Shown here one piece after another: positions 1 to 13,917 of a stretch of DNA of 64,000 nucleotides. The notes beneath the pieces are model-generated. The model did no database searches and was not told where the DNA came from. It saw only the letters and a program-made list of their open reading frames with translations. Origin of the DNA: Octopus vulgaris. Its lineage: Eukaryota. A program made the translations under genes and the position numbers. Each line of letters starts with the position of its first letter. Position 1 is the first letter of the stretch. The stretch lies in assembly GCA_951406725.2 (NCBI GenBank), contig OX597830.1, positions 14,198,001 through 14,262,000 of the forward strand, given 5' to 3'.

Positions 1-19
1 CAGGGCCAGCAATTTTGAG

Positions 20-200
20 GAAAGGCGCAAGTCGATTACGCCGAACTCAGATCTCAACTGGTACTCATTTTATCGAGCTCGAAAGATTGTAAGGTAAAGT
101 CGACCTCGGTGGAAATTGAACTCAGAACGTGAAGACAGACGAAATGCTGCTAAGCAATTTAACCTGCATGCTAAAGATTCTGTTATCTCACCGCCGCCTT
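20..200 (-). mobile_element. SINE family A (tRNA-derived head), diverged copy
   Basis: Reverse complement matches the family consensus ggcggcgagctggcagaa..ttagca..ctgagttcaaattccgccgaggtcgactttgcctttcatcc.. seen repeatedly in this window. Confidence 0.8.
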
Positions 201-344
201 TTTTCCTTTGAATATTCGGTAAGCATTTCGCGAAAAGTAAGTAAACTAGAATGCCCTTTGCTCATAAGTATAATGAACAAATGCGATTTCGCAGATTCAC
301 TTAACAGACTTCCTAATAAGGATGATTTGGTTCATTTGCATCTG

Positions 345-403
345 CACACACACGGGGACACACACACACACACACCAACACACATACACACATACACACA
401 CGG

Positions 404-435
<32 letters not shown>

Positions 436-730
436 GGATACGCACGTACACACACACGCACACATACACGGACACGCACACACACGGACACGCACACACA
501 CACACACACTCACACATACACATACAAACACGGACACGTGCGCACACACACACACACACACACTGACAGGCACACACACACACACACACATACACACACG
601 TACACGCGCACACACACACACACACATACGGATACGCACACACACACACATACAAAGACATGCACACACACACACACATACATATACACACACACACACA
701 TGCATGCAAACACGCGCAAACACACACACA
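345..730. repeat. Imperfect (CA)n microsatellite
   Basis: Direct reading; source of the HT/VC pseudo-ORFs. Confidence 0.95.
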
Positions 731-1154
731 AATAAAGTAGCTATGATAACGTATAGTCGCAAACTCCTATTTGAATATTTGAGACCAAATCCAGACTGTT
801 AATGCTCTAATCAAAACATAAGTCAACAGAAGATGAAATACGTGTGCAGGGGGCCACAGATACAAACAAAATGATAATTATAGGGACATAACTATTGATG
901 TAAGCGACTGACACAAATTCAAGAGGAATATGGAAAATATTTATGGGGACACTGGTTTCAAAAACCAACATGAAGACGTTAATTAAAAGACATTACACGA
1001 AGATGCACTGATTACTAAGGTTAAGAAAAGTTTTACAATTTGAATCATTAAGCTTACATCCTGATATTAAGGTTTCTTTTACTTATGTATATGTATATAT
1101 AAGAGTGTGTGTGTGTGTGTGTGTATGTGTGTGTAGATATTTATACATACATTT

Positions 1155-1313
1155 AGTGGCTGGGTGGTAAAAAGCTTGCTTACCAACCACATGGATCCGG
1201 GTTCATTCCCACTGCGTGGCACCGTGGGCAAGTATCTTCTACTATAGCTTCGGGTCGACCGAAGCTTTGTGAGTGGATTTGGTAGACAGAAACTGAAAGA
1301 AGCCCGTCGTATA

Positions 1314-1356
<43 letters not shown>

Positions 1357-1605
1357 CTGTGTGTGTGTGTGTGTGTGTGTATGTGTGGGTGTGTCTATGT
1401 GTGCTTATGTGTTTGTGTTTGTCTCTCATCATCGCTTGACAACCGATGGTGGTGTGTTTACGTCCCGGTAACTTAGCGGTTCGGCAAAATACAGCAATAG
1501 AATAAGTACTAGGCTTACAAAGAATAAGTCCTAGCGTCGATTTGCTCGACTAAAAGCGGTGCTCCAGCATGGTCACAGGCAAATGACTGAAACAAGTAAA
1601 AGAGT
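1155..1605 (+). mobile_element. SINE family B (tRNA head, CORE-like segment, internal (TA)n/(TG)n, LINE-like tail)
   Basis: tggctgggtggtaa A-box-like, gggttcattccc B-box-like, gcaccgtgggcaagt CORE-like motif, tail gcggtgctccagcatgg..tgactgaaacaagtaaaagag; many copies in window. Confidence 0.85.
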
Positions 1606-1624
1606 ATGTTTATATAGTCTGTTA

Positions 1625-2005
1625 TCCTGTTATTTGCTTTAGTCATTTGATTGCGGCCGTGCTGGAGTACCGCCTTAGAAGGTTTTTAGTCGAAGAAATC
1701 GACTCCACTACTTATTTTTTGTAAGCCTAGCATTTTTTTTATCGGTCAATTTTGCCGAACTGCTAAATTACAGGGACGTAAACACGCCATCAGTTGTCAA
1801 GCGATGGTAGGGGTAAATACATACACATACACACATAAATACATACACATATACGCACACACATACTACAGGCTTCTTTCAGTTTTCGTCTACCAAAATA
1901 CACTCACAAGGCTTTGGCCAGCCGAGGCTATAGTAAGGCGCCACGCAATGCAGCTAAAGCCGGAACTATGTTTTTGGGTGGCAAGCTTCTAAACCCATCT
2001 GTGCC
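1625..2005 (-). mobile_element. SINE family B copy, inverted relative to the adjacent copy
   Basis: Reverse complement of the family B consensus. Confidence 0.85.
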
Positions 2006-2250
2006 TATATTCATACACATATATATTTTTATATATATGTATAAAAGCCAAATGAAAATACAAATTTCTATATTAAAGTTGGTTTTGTTTGAGGGTAATT
2101 CAAGGGCGGGAGACGTTTCAACCATAATACGACTCGACAAATTCATACTATGAAGTATGTTGAGGAATAATAAACATATGCAGTCGTATTAAAGAAAAAA
2201 TTTTATTAAATATACGAAATGTACGGCTGCGTTTATTCTGTAAATGAGCT

Positions 2251-2664
2251 GGCGGCGAGCTAGCAGAATTGTTAGCACGCCGGGCGAAATGCTTAGCGGT
2301 ATTTCGTCGGCCGTTACGTTCTGAGTTCAAATTCCGCCGTGGTCGACTTTGCCTTTCATCCTTTCGGGGTCGATAAATTAAGTACCAGTTACGCACTGGG
2401 GTCGATGTAATCGACTTAATCCCTTTGTCTGTCCTTGTTTGTCCTCTCTGTGTTTAGCCCCTTGTGGGTAATAAAGAAATAGGTATTTCGTCTGCCGTTA
2501 CGTTCTGAGTTCACATTCCGCCGAGGTCGACTTTGCCTTTCATCCTTTCGGGATCGATAGATTAAGTACCAGTTACGCACTGGGGTCGATGTAATCGACT
2601 TCATCCCTTTGTCTGTCCTTGTTTGTCCTCTCTGTGTTTAGCCCCTTGTGGGTAGTAAAGAAAT
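2251..2664 (+). mobile_element. SINE family A, head plus two tandem body units
   Basis: Body repeats after aaagaaata|ggtatttcg; TSD attctgtaaatg on both sides. Confidence 0.9.
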
Positions 2665-2917
2665 ATCATTCTGTAAATGTAATTATATACGTATTAAAAC
2701 AAGAAATTAAAAAGTAGACGAAATTCAGAATGACCTACACACACGAGGTCACTGACACACATACATATACACATATAAAAATAGATAGATAAAAATAGAC
2801 AGACAGGTGACAACGATCTTTCCTTATTCAAGATGATTGAGCGTGATTTAAAAGCTTTATTTACTATTTGAGTATCTTTCCATAAACCGTTTTAGGATAC
2901 AAATATGGTGATACCGT

Positions 2918-3100
2918 AGGAGCGGCTGTATGATAAGTAGCTTGCTTACTAACCACATGGTTCTGGGTTCAGTTCCACTGCGTGGCACCTTGGGCAAGTG
3001 TTTTCTACTATAGCCTCGGGCCGACCAAAGCCGAGGCTATAGAGTGGATTTGGTAGATGGAAACTGAAAGAATCCCGTCGTATATATATATATATATATA

Positions 3101-3154
<54 letters not shown>

Positions 3155-3350
3155 GGGGGGTGCCCCCCTAATATCGTTTGACAACTGATACTGGTGTGTT
3201 TACGTCCCCGTAACTTAGCAGTTCGGCAAAAGACACCGATAGAATAAGTACTAGGCTTACAAGGAATAAGTCCTGGGGTCGATTTGCTCGACTAAAGGCG
3301 GTGCTCCATCAAGGCCACAGTCACATGACTGAAACAAGTAAAAAGTAAAA
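2918..3350 (+). mobile_element. SINE family B, full length
   Basis: Matches 1155-1605, including the internal (TA)n. Confidence 0.9.
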
Positions 3351-4523
3351 AAAATTAAAAAACATACCATAAAAATATATCAGTAATTATTTATTCAGCA
3401 AATAAATTCCGCAACAGAAATTATAAGTTCATTGGTTTCTATGGTAATATATATTTAGCCATGTTCTAAATAAATATCCTAGAATTGCAAACTTGTACTC
3501 GTTTTTAGTTACTTTAGGCACCGAAGTATTCATGACTTCTTATGATTCCCAGTTTGATTGTATGAACGTACAAAACTGCCCAAAATTGATCACAAATCCG
3601 AGAGACTGTTTCAGAATTTAATTATTCCTTAATTATGCGACACTTTTAATTAAATCAACTGCATACCGGCAAAATATGAAACAGCCTCTCTCAAGTTGAC
3701 ATTATATATTCTAATAATTCTATTGAATGGATATACGTGGACATAATTTCCGGTTACCTTATATGGTTAGTGGCAGATTATTATGTTTTATTATTAATTA
3801 TTTATTATATTTTAATATTAATTAATGAATAACTGTGAAAATAAGATACGATCTTATAGTAATTATAAATGATAATCTCAAAGAGAATATCTTTACATAG
3901 TGAAATGATGTTCCGACATCTTCGAGTTGTAGTGAATTCGTTGAGTTGTAAATTAAACTGACAGCTTCACTGAACTGCGGCTAATCCTTTCATGGCCGCC
4001 TGTATTGTTAACTTCATCTTCTACCAAGCAGATTTATTACGTTGTTACAAGAATATCTTAGTATCATATATCTTGAATCTCTGTCAAGAAACTATCAGCA
4101 AGTTATCATCGATTAAACATTAAAAGCGTTTTAAGCTACTCTTCTACGTTTACAATTTACCCCATCATCACTGATATATCCCTCCAGTATAATTTATTTT
4201 CGTATTTTGAGCTTCAAACTAAGATGTAAATTCCTAGAACTTCATTTAATTTAAGCATGTTAAAATATGTTGATAACAAGAAAAAAGTACTTTTTTTCAC
4301 TCACCAAAGTAGTAGAAATGGTGACCTATTTGGCTGCTATTTCTAATATTTTCGGTATGTGGTTTTGAGCAACTTGTTGCAATTAACCCTTTATTATAAT
4401 TAATATAATCCATACCGAATATGGCCATTTCCATACCGAAAAAACTGCTAGGTGAAATTTATTAATTTTATTGAATTAATTATATTTCACACTTTATGTG
4501 TATTGTATATATATATATATATA

Positions 4524-4617
4524 TACTCTTTTACTCTTTTACTTGTTTCAGTCATTTGACTGCGGCCATGCTGGAGCACCGCCTTTTGTCGAGCAAATCG
4601 ACCCCAGGATTTATTCT
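4524..4617 (-). mobile_element. SINE family B 3' tail fragment
   Basis: tactcttttactcttttacttgtttcagtcatttgactgcggccatgctggagcaccgcc. Confidence 0.8.
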
Positions 4618-4869
4618 TGGCTAGGTGAAACTGTTGTTATCAGACAGTATCCTACGATCATCGGGTGTCTCGGCCTTAAACCGTAACACCCACTCATTGG
4701 TGGGCCAGCAGAGGTGGCCAAATCACTGCTCTCCATCTCCTCCTGGCTCCAGCTTCATTTCTCTCTCTTGCTCTGTAACCAACAAAAGGATCTTTTAGTT
4801 GCCTCTCCCATCCTGCGCACAGCCATATTTCGCTTCTTTCCTCTCCTTCCACTGTGTGTGTGTGTTTAT

Positions 4870-6352
4870 AAATAAACGTCGCATACATACTAAATAGAAA
4901 CTGATTTATTAACAGACTGCCATAGCATTGATTGAAGAGTGCTAATTAAGAAACCGTTTTTTCCTAATGATAAAACGTCATTTCCTGGAACATGTTTGAT
5001 GTCACATGGTATCACGTGATGATGGTGTGTCCTGGATCCAAATAGATGCAATCAATGTCTGGTGTGACCGCCGTTAGCGTTGATTGCCGCCTGGCATCTC
5101 CTGTACTTTGAATGCACCAATCGATTGATGAAAGCCATGGAGATAGCAGCCCATACTCTGTTAACACTTGCAGTGAGTTGTGCCGAAGTTGTCGGCCTTG
5201 GATGGATGTCATTTAACCTTCTTTGGATTTTGTCTCACAGGTGCTCTAGGGTGTTCAAGTCCGGACTAAATGAAGGCCATGGCAGTATCTGGATGTTATG
5301 CTGTTGGAGAAAGTCTGTTATCAACCCGGTAGTGTGGGCACGGGCGTTGTTGTGTTGGAACACGTGATTCCGATGACAGGCAAAGTATGACACAATGTGA
5401 GGCCTCAACACTTGGTCTATGTAGCGAGCAGCACTTACTCCATTGGCCCGGCCTTGACCGAAGTTTTGAAAGACCACTGGTCGAGGTTTCTGATTGAGTA
5501 CAATCCCGCCCCATACCATGATGCTCTGTCGTCCATATGAATCTCTCCACTATACAGCCATCGGCATGACGTCCACCCTTTCTTCTCCAAACCCTAGCTC
5601 TGCCATCTCCCACAGAAATGCAATATCGACTTTCATCAGAGAAGACTACAGTCCTCCACTGCTGATATCACAAGTTCTGACGTTTTTGAGCCCACTGCAG
5701 ACGTACTCTTCGATGACGATCTGTGAGGATGTGCCCCCTAGCTGGACGTCAACAAGACAGACTGAAAAATCTCAGCTGTCAGCGAATCGGTCTCTGCACA
5801 AATGGGTCTGTGGTTAGTCCCTATTGTCTACCTAGCTGATTCCATTGCACTCCTAAATCGGTCCTGCAAGTGCTACCAGTGCAGGTAGCGATCTTGACGA
5901 GGGCCTGTAATCCTCAGTTGGCCACTGCGTAGACGGACATCCATGCTGTTTGTGGCCTTGTAACGTTCCCTCAGCGGTTTAATTGTCCGAATATTGCAGT
6001 TCAAGTCATTAGCAATGACCCTCTTACTCCCTCTGATTTCGTGTTAGTATTGGCCTGCTTGCTACGTTCGGGAAACGAATGACAGGATGGTAAGTTTGGG
6101 TGCCTTTCATACTTAATGAGTCAATTTTGAAAGTGTATCATGCTTTTTATAAAGATGCGTTCGCAAGCTTTACCATATTACAAAAAGTGAGCGAGTTCGA
6201 ACCCTTCATGCAATCCATGTGTTTTCAAAACAGAGTGATGTTGTGGGTCAGTGACATCTTCCTGATGTCAAATTGCCTAGAATTGTGATAAAATCCATAT
6301 AACCTCAATATCGTGTGTGAAACAATTAACCTTATACAGTGCGACGTTTTCA
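4870..6352 (-). mobile_element. Decayed Tc1-family DNA transposon (frameshifted DD34E transposase)
   Basis: Minus-strand peptides VFSDESRYC..DGRARVWRR, MVWGGI, FQHNNARAH, LPWPSFSPDLNTLEHL; residual inverted ends aaacgtcgca (about 4874) and tgcgacgttt (about 6340). Confidence 0.9.
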
Positions 6353-6359
6353 TATATAT

Positions 6360-6656
6360 ATATATTGTATAAAGGATCGTGGGTAAGACCAAAACAAAGT
6401 GAAGTAAATGCAAGGTAAAGCACAAGAATGCAAATATGTGAATTAATGTAGACTTACCTTGTATTCAATATTTCGGATGAATGTAGCCGGTAATCAACAT
6501 CGGCAACATTCGTCTATTTCTTGAGAATGGGGTCATAACCCCAAAATATTGAATACAAGGTAAATCTACATTAATTCGTATATTTGTTTCCTTGTGATTT
6601 ACCTTGCATTTACTTCGCATTGTGTTGCCTTAACCACTATCTTTTATACAATATAT
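6360..6656. repeat. Fold-back inverted repeat (about 115-bp arms), putative PLE pseudo-LTR pair with degenerate HHR
   Basis: 6360-6476 is the reverse complement of about 6542-6656; HHR-like ttgagaa tgggg tcataa cccc aaaa ta tt gaata near 6521-6555. Confidence 0.7.
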
Positions 6657-6675
6657 TCTACACAAAGCTCCATAG

Positions 6676-6719
<44 letters not shown>

Positions 6720-7235
6720 GACGTAGTTGCCTGAAACTCGAACCCCAAGACGAACTCTCAGCTTCACTAATGATAAAAAACATAACCTATACAACGCATA
6801 TTGAGCGCTTCCATTTCATTCCTTCGACATGTATACATTGTATATATGTATTTGCACATATCATATATATATATATATATATATACTACAAAATTAGAGA
6901 ATGGAGAAACATACTTAAATCAGTAAAACATCAACTATCCGATGATACTCAATCCATACTTTAATACACCATTACATATGAGTAAAGGCAATATATAAAA
7001 TGAAATGAGATATACAGTAATAGTAAAAGTAAAAAGATAAAGAGATATAAGTAAAAAATTTCAAATATAATATGCAAATAATTATTACCTTTACCCATTT
7101 AATACAATAGATGAACTGATTGCTTGACAATTTTTAACATCTATGTATTAATTTTGTTGGGTACCTATCTAGCAGTATATTGGATATATATTATCCCATG
7201 GTGGGTTGAATTTTCAACCCCTATCTCATTTTATA

Positions 7236-7302
<67 letters not shown>

Positions 7303-7304
<2 letters not shown>

Positions 7305-7520
7305 CTTTTCTACTCTTTTACACGTTGCAGTCCTTTGACTGCAGCCACGCTGGAGTACCGCCTTGAGTCGAAGAAATCGACCCCAGAACTTACGCTTTAT
7401 AAGCCTAGTTTTAATTCTATCGGCCTCTTTTGCTGAACCACTAACTTTCCAAGGTTCCACGCAGTGGGACTGAACCCGGAACCATGTGACTGGAAAGAAA
7501 TCTTCTTACCACACGACCAC
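7303..7520 (-). mobile_element. SINE family B, internally deleted
   Basis: Tail segment fused to head segment of family B. Confidence 0.8.
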
Positions 7521-7606
7521 ACAAAATATAAAAAAAGATAACCATCCCAAAATACAACAATATCTGTTTCAACGCACGGTTTCAGATCAGGAATCTTGTT
7601 ACAAAT

Positions 7607-7648
<42 letters not shown>

Positions 7649-7741
7649 CGGGAAGCTATATGAAAATAGACAAAAGACGAAGGCAGGTGGAAAACAAACA
7701 ATTGTATTAGTATGGCGCTCAGGAAATATAAATAAAACAAG

Positions 7742-7779
7742 TCTTTAACGTTTCGAGCCTACGCTCTTCAACAGAAAGA
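7742..7779 (-). ncRNA. Minimal type I hammerhead-like motif within a PLE-type repeat (about 7648-7930)
   Basis: Minus strand: tcttt-ctgttga-a-gagc(gtag)gctc-gaaa-cg-tt-aaaga; palindromic stem III (aacgtt); A6 is changed to U; homologous to 37249-37284. Confidence 0.6.
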
Positions 7780-7943
7780 TACACGGAGAGAAAAAAACAC
7801 AGAAAGAAGGAGAGAAAAAGAAATGCGTGCAGTAACTAACGAAAAACATGGCGATCTGATTTCGGCCAGAAGTCAAAGATCAAACATGAGACGCGAGAGC
7901 GAAATTAGGGGAGATAATAGGGTTGAGTGACCAGCTCCAACAT

Positions 7944-7980
<37 letters not shown>

Positions 7981-8024
7981 AGAGAGTATTAGTGCGTATG
8001 AGAGGTCTGGACGTGTGTATGTAT

Positions 8025-8390
8025 AGGCAGCTTCAAAGCTGCAGTCATGCTGGGGCACCATTTTTGACTGTGCTACATCATTATCTCAAACCTCCTCTGG
8101 TGTGTGGCATTTGGTGAATGAGGGAGTTTGATACCGCTACACGCATCTGTGTTTCCTGACGTGAGGTAGAATCATCTGGAACTCCTTGACAAGAAGGGAT
8201 CCAGTTTTGTTTTAAAGACACTTACATCCACACCGTGCGAGTCCCCTCATAAGGACATTCAAGAGGGTGGGCCCTTGAAATCGAAACTGTTGCAATTTCT
8301 GATCCTGTGTTTTGATGCAGATGCAGGGATTATTGGTGTTATGCAATGGCACCCCGTTCTGGTGTTTGTGCAACTTTCAATTTGTCGAAT
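8025..8390 (-). mobile_element. 3' end of a CR1/L2-group LINE
   Basis: Minus-strand remnants [60 protein letters not shown]; 3' UTR ggtgccccagcatgactgcag. Confidence 0.7.
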
Positions 8391-8418
8391 GACGTATGTA
8401 TGAATGTATGTATATGTG

Positions 8419-8484
<66 letters not shown>

Positions 8485-9535
8485 ATATATATGTATACAT
8501 ATATACATATGTATACCTATATATACATATATATACACATACATATATATAAATATAGATACATATATATATATATACACCATATATATTTATATATATA
8601 CTGTATATATACACGCACACACACACATACATACATATCATTTGTATCCTAGTGATTGTATGGACATTGCCAATATATAAAATTTATATTGGTGGCATTT
8701 ATATATAAATAAGAAGAGAACTGGAAGAAGTTTAAAGTTCCCGTGTATCTTCCAATCATGGCTATATGTTTTGCTATTATTTTATAATATATATATATGT
8801 TTACATAAGTCATGAACCAATTGAAAATAGCCACACTCATTGCAGCAAAAGAAACAACCAAATAACTGATTCCCAGTATAGGGGGAAACCAAATTTGGTA
8901 CAGACTGCGCCAGAGAATGGCTTACGGAAGTAATTACAGAGTGACATTATAGTCAGTGTGAAATAATTTCCTACTCGTCTGTATTCTATGAGTTTTGCAA
9001 CCATGTTCTCAACTTATCCAATTTTCACCACAATAACCAGCTGTATCTTAGCTTAGTCTGCGAAATCATTTCAACTATATGCACTCCGCACAGCTGGGAA
9101 AGTCATGATCGCTACTAAACGCTTTTTGCAAAGTTTATTTTCACCTTACACAAAATTCCATAAAAACATAGCAATGCTTAGCATTCAATCAGACACCATT
9201 TAATATGAAGCGACATGCATTTTATTTATTCGTTTATTTTTTTTTTTGTTAAGGAGAAAACAGGAAAGTTCTTTGAGTTTTATTGATGTATGAGTGTTTT
9301 GTGACAAGCAGAAGAGCTTGTGTGTGTGTATATGCATGCCTACCTGGCTGCATGTATGTATGTGTGTATGTATGTATGTGGGTATGTATGTATGTGGGTA
9401 TGTATATATATATATAAACATGCATATATATATATATATATGTGTGTGTGTGGGTGGGTGTATGTACGCATTCATGTCTGTATCCGTACATATGTATATA
9501 TTTATGTATATACATTCATATATATATATAGGGAG

Positions 9536-9572
<37 letters not shown>

Positions 9573-9752
9573 TGTATATATATATATATATATATATAAC
9601 ATATCTATATACATATATATAAATATGTATATATATATATATGTGTGTGTATATATATATATATATATATACAAATATATACATAACATATGTACATACA
9701 TATATATAAATAAATATATATAAACATATATATATATATATATATAAACATA

Positions 9753-9794
<42 letters not shown>

Positions 9795-10162
9795 TTGCAG
9801 GTTTGTTCAAGCCACGATCCACAACAGGAAACTTATATATTGAAAATATGGAAATATATTACTTAAATATATATATATATATATATAGTAATTATTGCGT
9901 AATGCATTGTAAACAAGCTCCATTCAAATCTGGGTAAGTATATGATAGACGCGTGTGACCGAGTAAGCTGTGAGTTTCGGTTCATGGAGATGCGTAAAAA
10001 TAACGTGCATTCGGTTACGTAGCCATGATTTGATGTAATGGATTATCAATGGAGTTTGCAAACGAATTTTTTTCGTGCGCGCGTATAGGCATGTTGTAAA
10101 TATATAAACACTCACACATATATATATATATACGCATATATATGTAGATACATATATATATG

Positions 10163-10197
<35 letters not shown>

Positions 10198-10482
10198 GAG
10201 AGTGTGTGTATATATATTATACATACGTATACATACAGGAATATAAAGACAGATTGACATAAAGGAATATAAAGGCAGGTTAAAAAAACCTGATTGTTTC
10301 AAACTTTGTTATTTTCCCCACCTTTGTTCCTTTTCCTCTCCTCGATATATGCCTGCGTGCAAGCGTGTATGCGCGCGAGGTCGTAGATATACCATAAGTG
10401 AGAGTGGTTGGATGTGTATATATAAATATATGCAAATTTATATTTTATATACATATATACAAATATATATATATATATGTAA

Positions 10483-10551
<69 letters not shown>

Positions 10552-10554
<3 letters not shown>

Positions 10555-10612
10555 TCTTTTACTCTTTTACTTGTTTCAGTCATTTGACTGTGGCCATGCT
10601 GGAGCACCGCCT
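10552..10612 (-). mobile_element. SINE family B tail fragment embedded in (TA)n
   Basis: Near-identical to the family B tail. Confidence 0.75.
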
Positions 10613-11127
10613 TTATATATATATATATATATAATTCTCTCTGTATGTATGTGTATGCATGTACCTACCTTTATAATGTGTGTGTGCCTGTCTGTTTCGC
10701 ACTTCTAATACTTATTCAGATTAGACTGGACAACATTTTGCCAAATTATTTTCTACTTTTTTAAAATAATTTTCATCTCATCAAAATCAGGCTTCAAGAA
10801 ATCTATGCCTCGTTGATGAGATCTAGGAAAACGAAACGTAGACGTAGTTATCACTTGGCTAACAGCGGTGAAGATTTCTCTCTCTGCATGAATGGTAATT
10901 TTTTTTTTGCCAAACCAGTCATGAAGTTCTTGTATTACTTTTTTTTACCCTTTCCTCTGAGAGTCACAAAGAAATGACGCTAGGTTTTTGTTTCCTTGCT
11001 CTCACACCACTATGTTTCAACACGCCGAGAATTGTTTTGCTACAGCATTCAGTATATCACCTCGAGCCTACCGTATATGATATATATATATGTTGAATTT
11101 AACATAAATGAAAAACCACGCCCACAC

Positions 11128-11161
<34 letters not shown>

Positions 11162-11165
<4 letters not shown>

Positions 11166-11469
11166 CGTGATCACCGTGACCGACCAGGCTATCAGATGTT
11201 GCTACACATCGCTGGTCACAATGCGCTTCGCATTGTTTTAGCCTTCGAATGAGGCCAACCCGCTGGCTAAGAGAACAGGCCAACAGAAGAAAGAGTGAGA
11301 GAAAGTTGTGGCGAAAGAGTACAACAGGGTTTGCCACCATCCCCTGCCGGAGACTAGTGGAGCTTTAGGTGTTTACGCTCAATAAACACTCACAACGCCC
11401 GGTCTGGGAATCGAAACCGCGATCCTACAACCGCAAGTCCTCTACCCTAACCACTGCACCATTGCGCCT

Positions 11470-11472
<3 letters not shown>
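11162..11472 (-). mobile_element. SINE family C (tRNA-derived head), variant tail ending tcacggtgatcacggtgat
   Basis: Minus strand ggaggcgcaatggtgcagtggttagg..ggtttcgattcccagaccgggcg; head and body shared with 51022-51315. Confidence 0.8.
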
Positions 11473-11528
<56 letters not shown>

Positions 11529-11602
11529 AATGTATATATATTTATATGTATATATCTATATCTATATATATATCTATATATCTATATCTATATCTATCTA
11601 TC

Positions 11603-11635
<33 letters not shown>

Positions 11636-11646
11636 GTATATATACA

Positions 11647-11703
<57 letters not shown>

Positions 11704-12531
11704 TTGAGCGCATGTGTGTTTGTATACATGTATGTAAAAGAATGAACATTTATATAAAACATGAATGAATTACATACTTTTTGAGAGTAATGTAAATAGG
11801 TAGGTACGTACAATATTTGGAGAAAAATACGGATTGAAATTGATGGAGCTGTCTAAATTGTTAAAAGCAGGAACAACAGTAATTAAGTTCGATATGCTTT
11901 ATATTTAATTATAGCTTCTAATGATAGAGGCCGCTGATGATATACCGCTTTACACACATACAGGAATACTGTTAAGACACAAACGCGCGCACACATACAC
12001 GCACTAGCATACACACACTTGCTAACATACACATATACGCACAGACATACATACACACATGCACTCAATCACGTTCGATACTTGTGCCCGTTCATATCTG
12101 TAAGCTTGTGTTTTTGAATACACATATATTTATAAAATGTGAATGTACATAAATGTGTGTGCGCATGTGCAGAGATCCGCTGTGTGTTCTTGTGTGTGTG
12201 TGTATGTGTATGTGCATGTGTATATGTTGTGTGTATGTGTCTTTGTGTCTGTGTCTGTATGCGTGTGTTTACGTCTGTGTGTGTGTGCGCGTAACTGTTA
12301 ACTTCACGCAAATATACTTCGGTCGCATATACCATTCTTTCGGTAATTGTATCTATACAATGGCCAACAGACATAAACATTTCGTCTTGTCACCCTTCTT
12401 CGTCTATTGGAACATCGAGGTGTGACAGGAGGTAGAGGGCGCCGCACTAGTATTCGATTTGATCTAACTTTCAGTCGCATAACCTGGGGCAACGGGAAAT
12501 AAAGAGCCTCGCCCAAGGATACAATATACTG

Positions 12532-12743
12532 CCAGCGGCAGAAATCGATCCCAGCTCCTTACCTACTAGGCGACCAAGGTGCAGGCCTAGATGTGTGTTT
12601 AAGAGATTTTCTTCAAAACCATATGGTGTTAGGTTAGCCAGCTGCAGAAATCGATCCCAGTTCCTTACCTACTAGGCGACCAAGGTGCAGACATAATTGT
12701 GTGTTTAAGAAATTGTCTTCAAAACCATATGGTGTTAGGTTAG
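12532..12743. repeat. Tandem duplication of about 105 bp overlapping a SINE B head fragment
   Basis: gcagaaatcgatcccag..ttacctactaggcgaccaaggtgcag..aaaccatatggtgttaggttag occurs twice. Confidence 0.85.
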
Positions 12744-13104
12744 ATTCTCCTGCGTGGCACCTGGGCGAATTGTCTTCTATTAAAACTTCGATTTGATGAA
12801 CAGTGAAGGTTGATACCTCAAAAACTGCAGAAATTCCTCCTTTCTGTGTATTTTGAGTGCAAAATAAACTTAGCAACTAGTTGATATATTTTAGCGTTAG
12901 CAACATAGCAGAGATTTTATTCATAGGTGTCTTCGATTGTGGTTTATCTGGGACGAAGCAGCATCGGTAGCATCAACTACAAAAATCCCTATTGGTAAAA
13001 TATGTTAAAGGCATACACGCATTAATATTCCATATAATATTATATTAAAAGTAGTGAAATGCGATATATAAAGTGTAATGTGTATATATATTCTTTTATA
13101 TATC

Positions 13105-13390
13105 TACCCCAGAACATATTCTTTGTAAGCCTAGATCTAATTCTATCGATCCCTTTTGCCTAACCGTTATGTTACGAGGACGTAAACACAACAACGTTGG
13201 TTGTCAAGCGATTGTGGGGGATAACCACAGATACATATATACATATATACGACAAGCTTCTTTCAGTTTCCGTCTACCAAGTCCACTCACAAGGCCTTGG
13301 TCGGCCCGAGGCTATAGTAGAAGACAGTTGCCCAGGGTGCCATGCAGTAGGACTGAACCCAGAACCATGTGGTTGGCAAGCAACAAGCCA
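13105..13390 (-). mobile_element. SINE family B copy
   Basis: Reverse complement of family B. Confidence 0.85.
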
Positions 13391-13589
13391 CTCCTGAAAT
13401 ATTTAAACAAACATGAAGGCTGTAAATTATGGGTAAGAGCGATACACATAGGTCCTTTTTTAATAATAACCATAATTATATATTATTTATAATAATATAT
13501 ACTCCATTTATATCTAGTTTTTGAATCAACAGATTCCTTGCTGTTGCCAAATATCTGAAATCAGTGGCGAAGATAAAATATTCTCTCAT

Positions 13590-13837
13590 TCTTTTATTCT
13601 TTTACTTGTTTCAGTCATTTGACTGCGGCCATGATGGAGCACACCGCCTTTTTAGTCACAGATCTCGACCTCAGGACTTATTTCTTTGTAAACCTGCTAC
13701 TTATACTATCGGTCTCTTATACCAAACCGCTAAGTTACGAGGACGTTAGCAAACCAACATCAGTTGTCAAGCGATGGTGGGCGGGGGAAATTAGCACAAA
13801 GACAAAGACACACACACATAAATATATACGTATTTAT

Positions 13838-13917
<80 letters not shown>

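Noticed and set aside
129-762. Long ORFs of HT/VC, YI, MYVC or HTYI repeats here and throughout the window (e.g. 56586-57502)
   Set aside because: These are stop-free translations of (CA)n, (TA)n and (TATG)n microsatellites, not genes
2148-2604. Recurrent ORF MRNWYLIYRPRKDERQSRPRRNLNSERN
   Set aside because: Antisense translation of SINE family A; it recurs because the SINE does
10803-10850. ttgatga..gaaacgta hammerhead-like string
   Set aside because: Stem II does not pair, stem I is offset, and the context resembles a Helitron-like repeat
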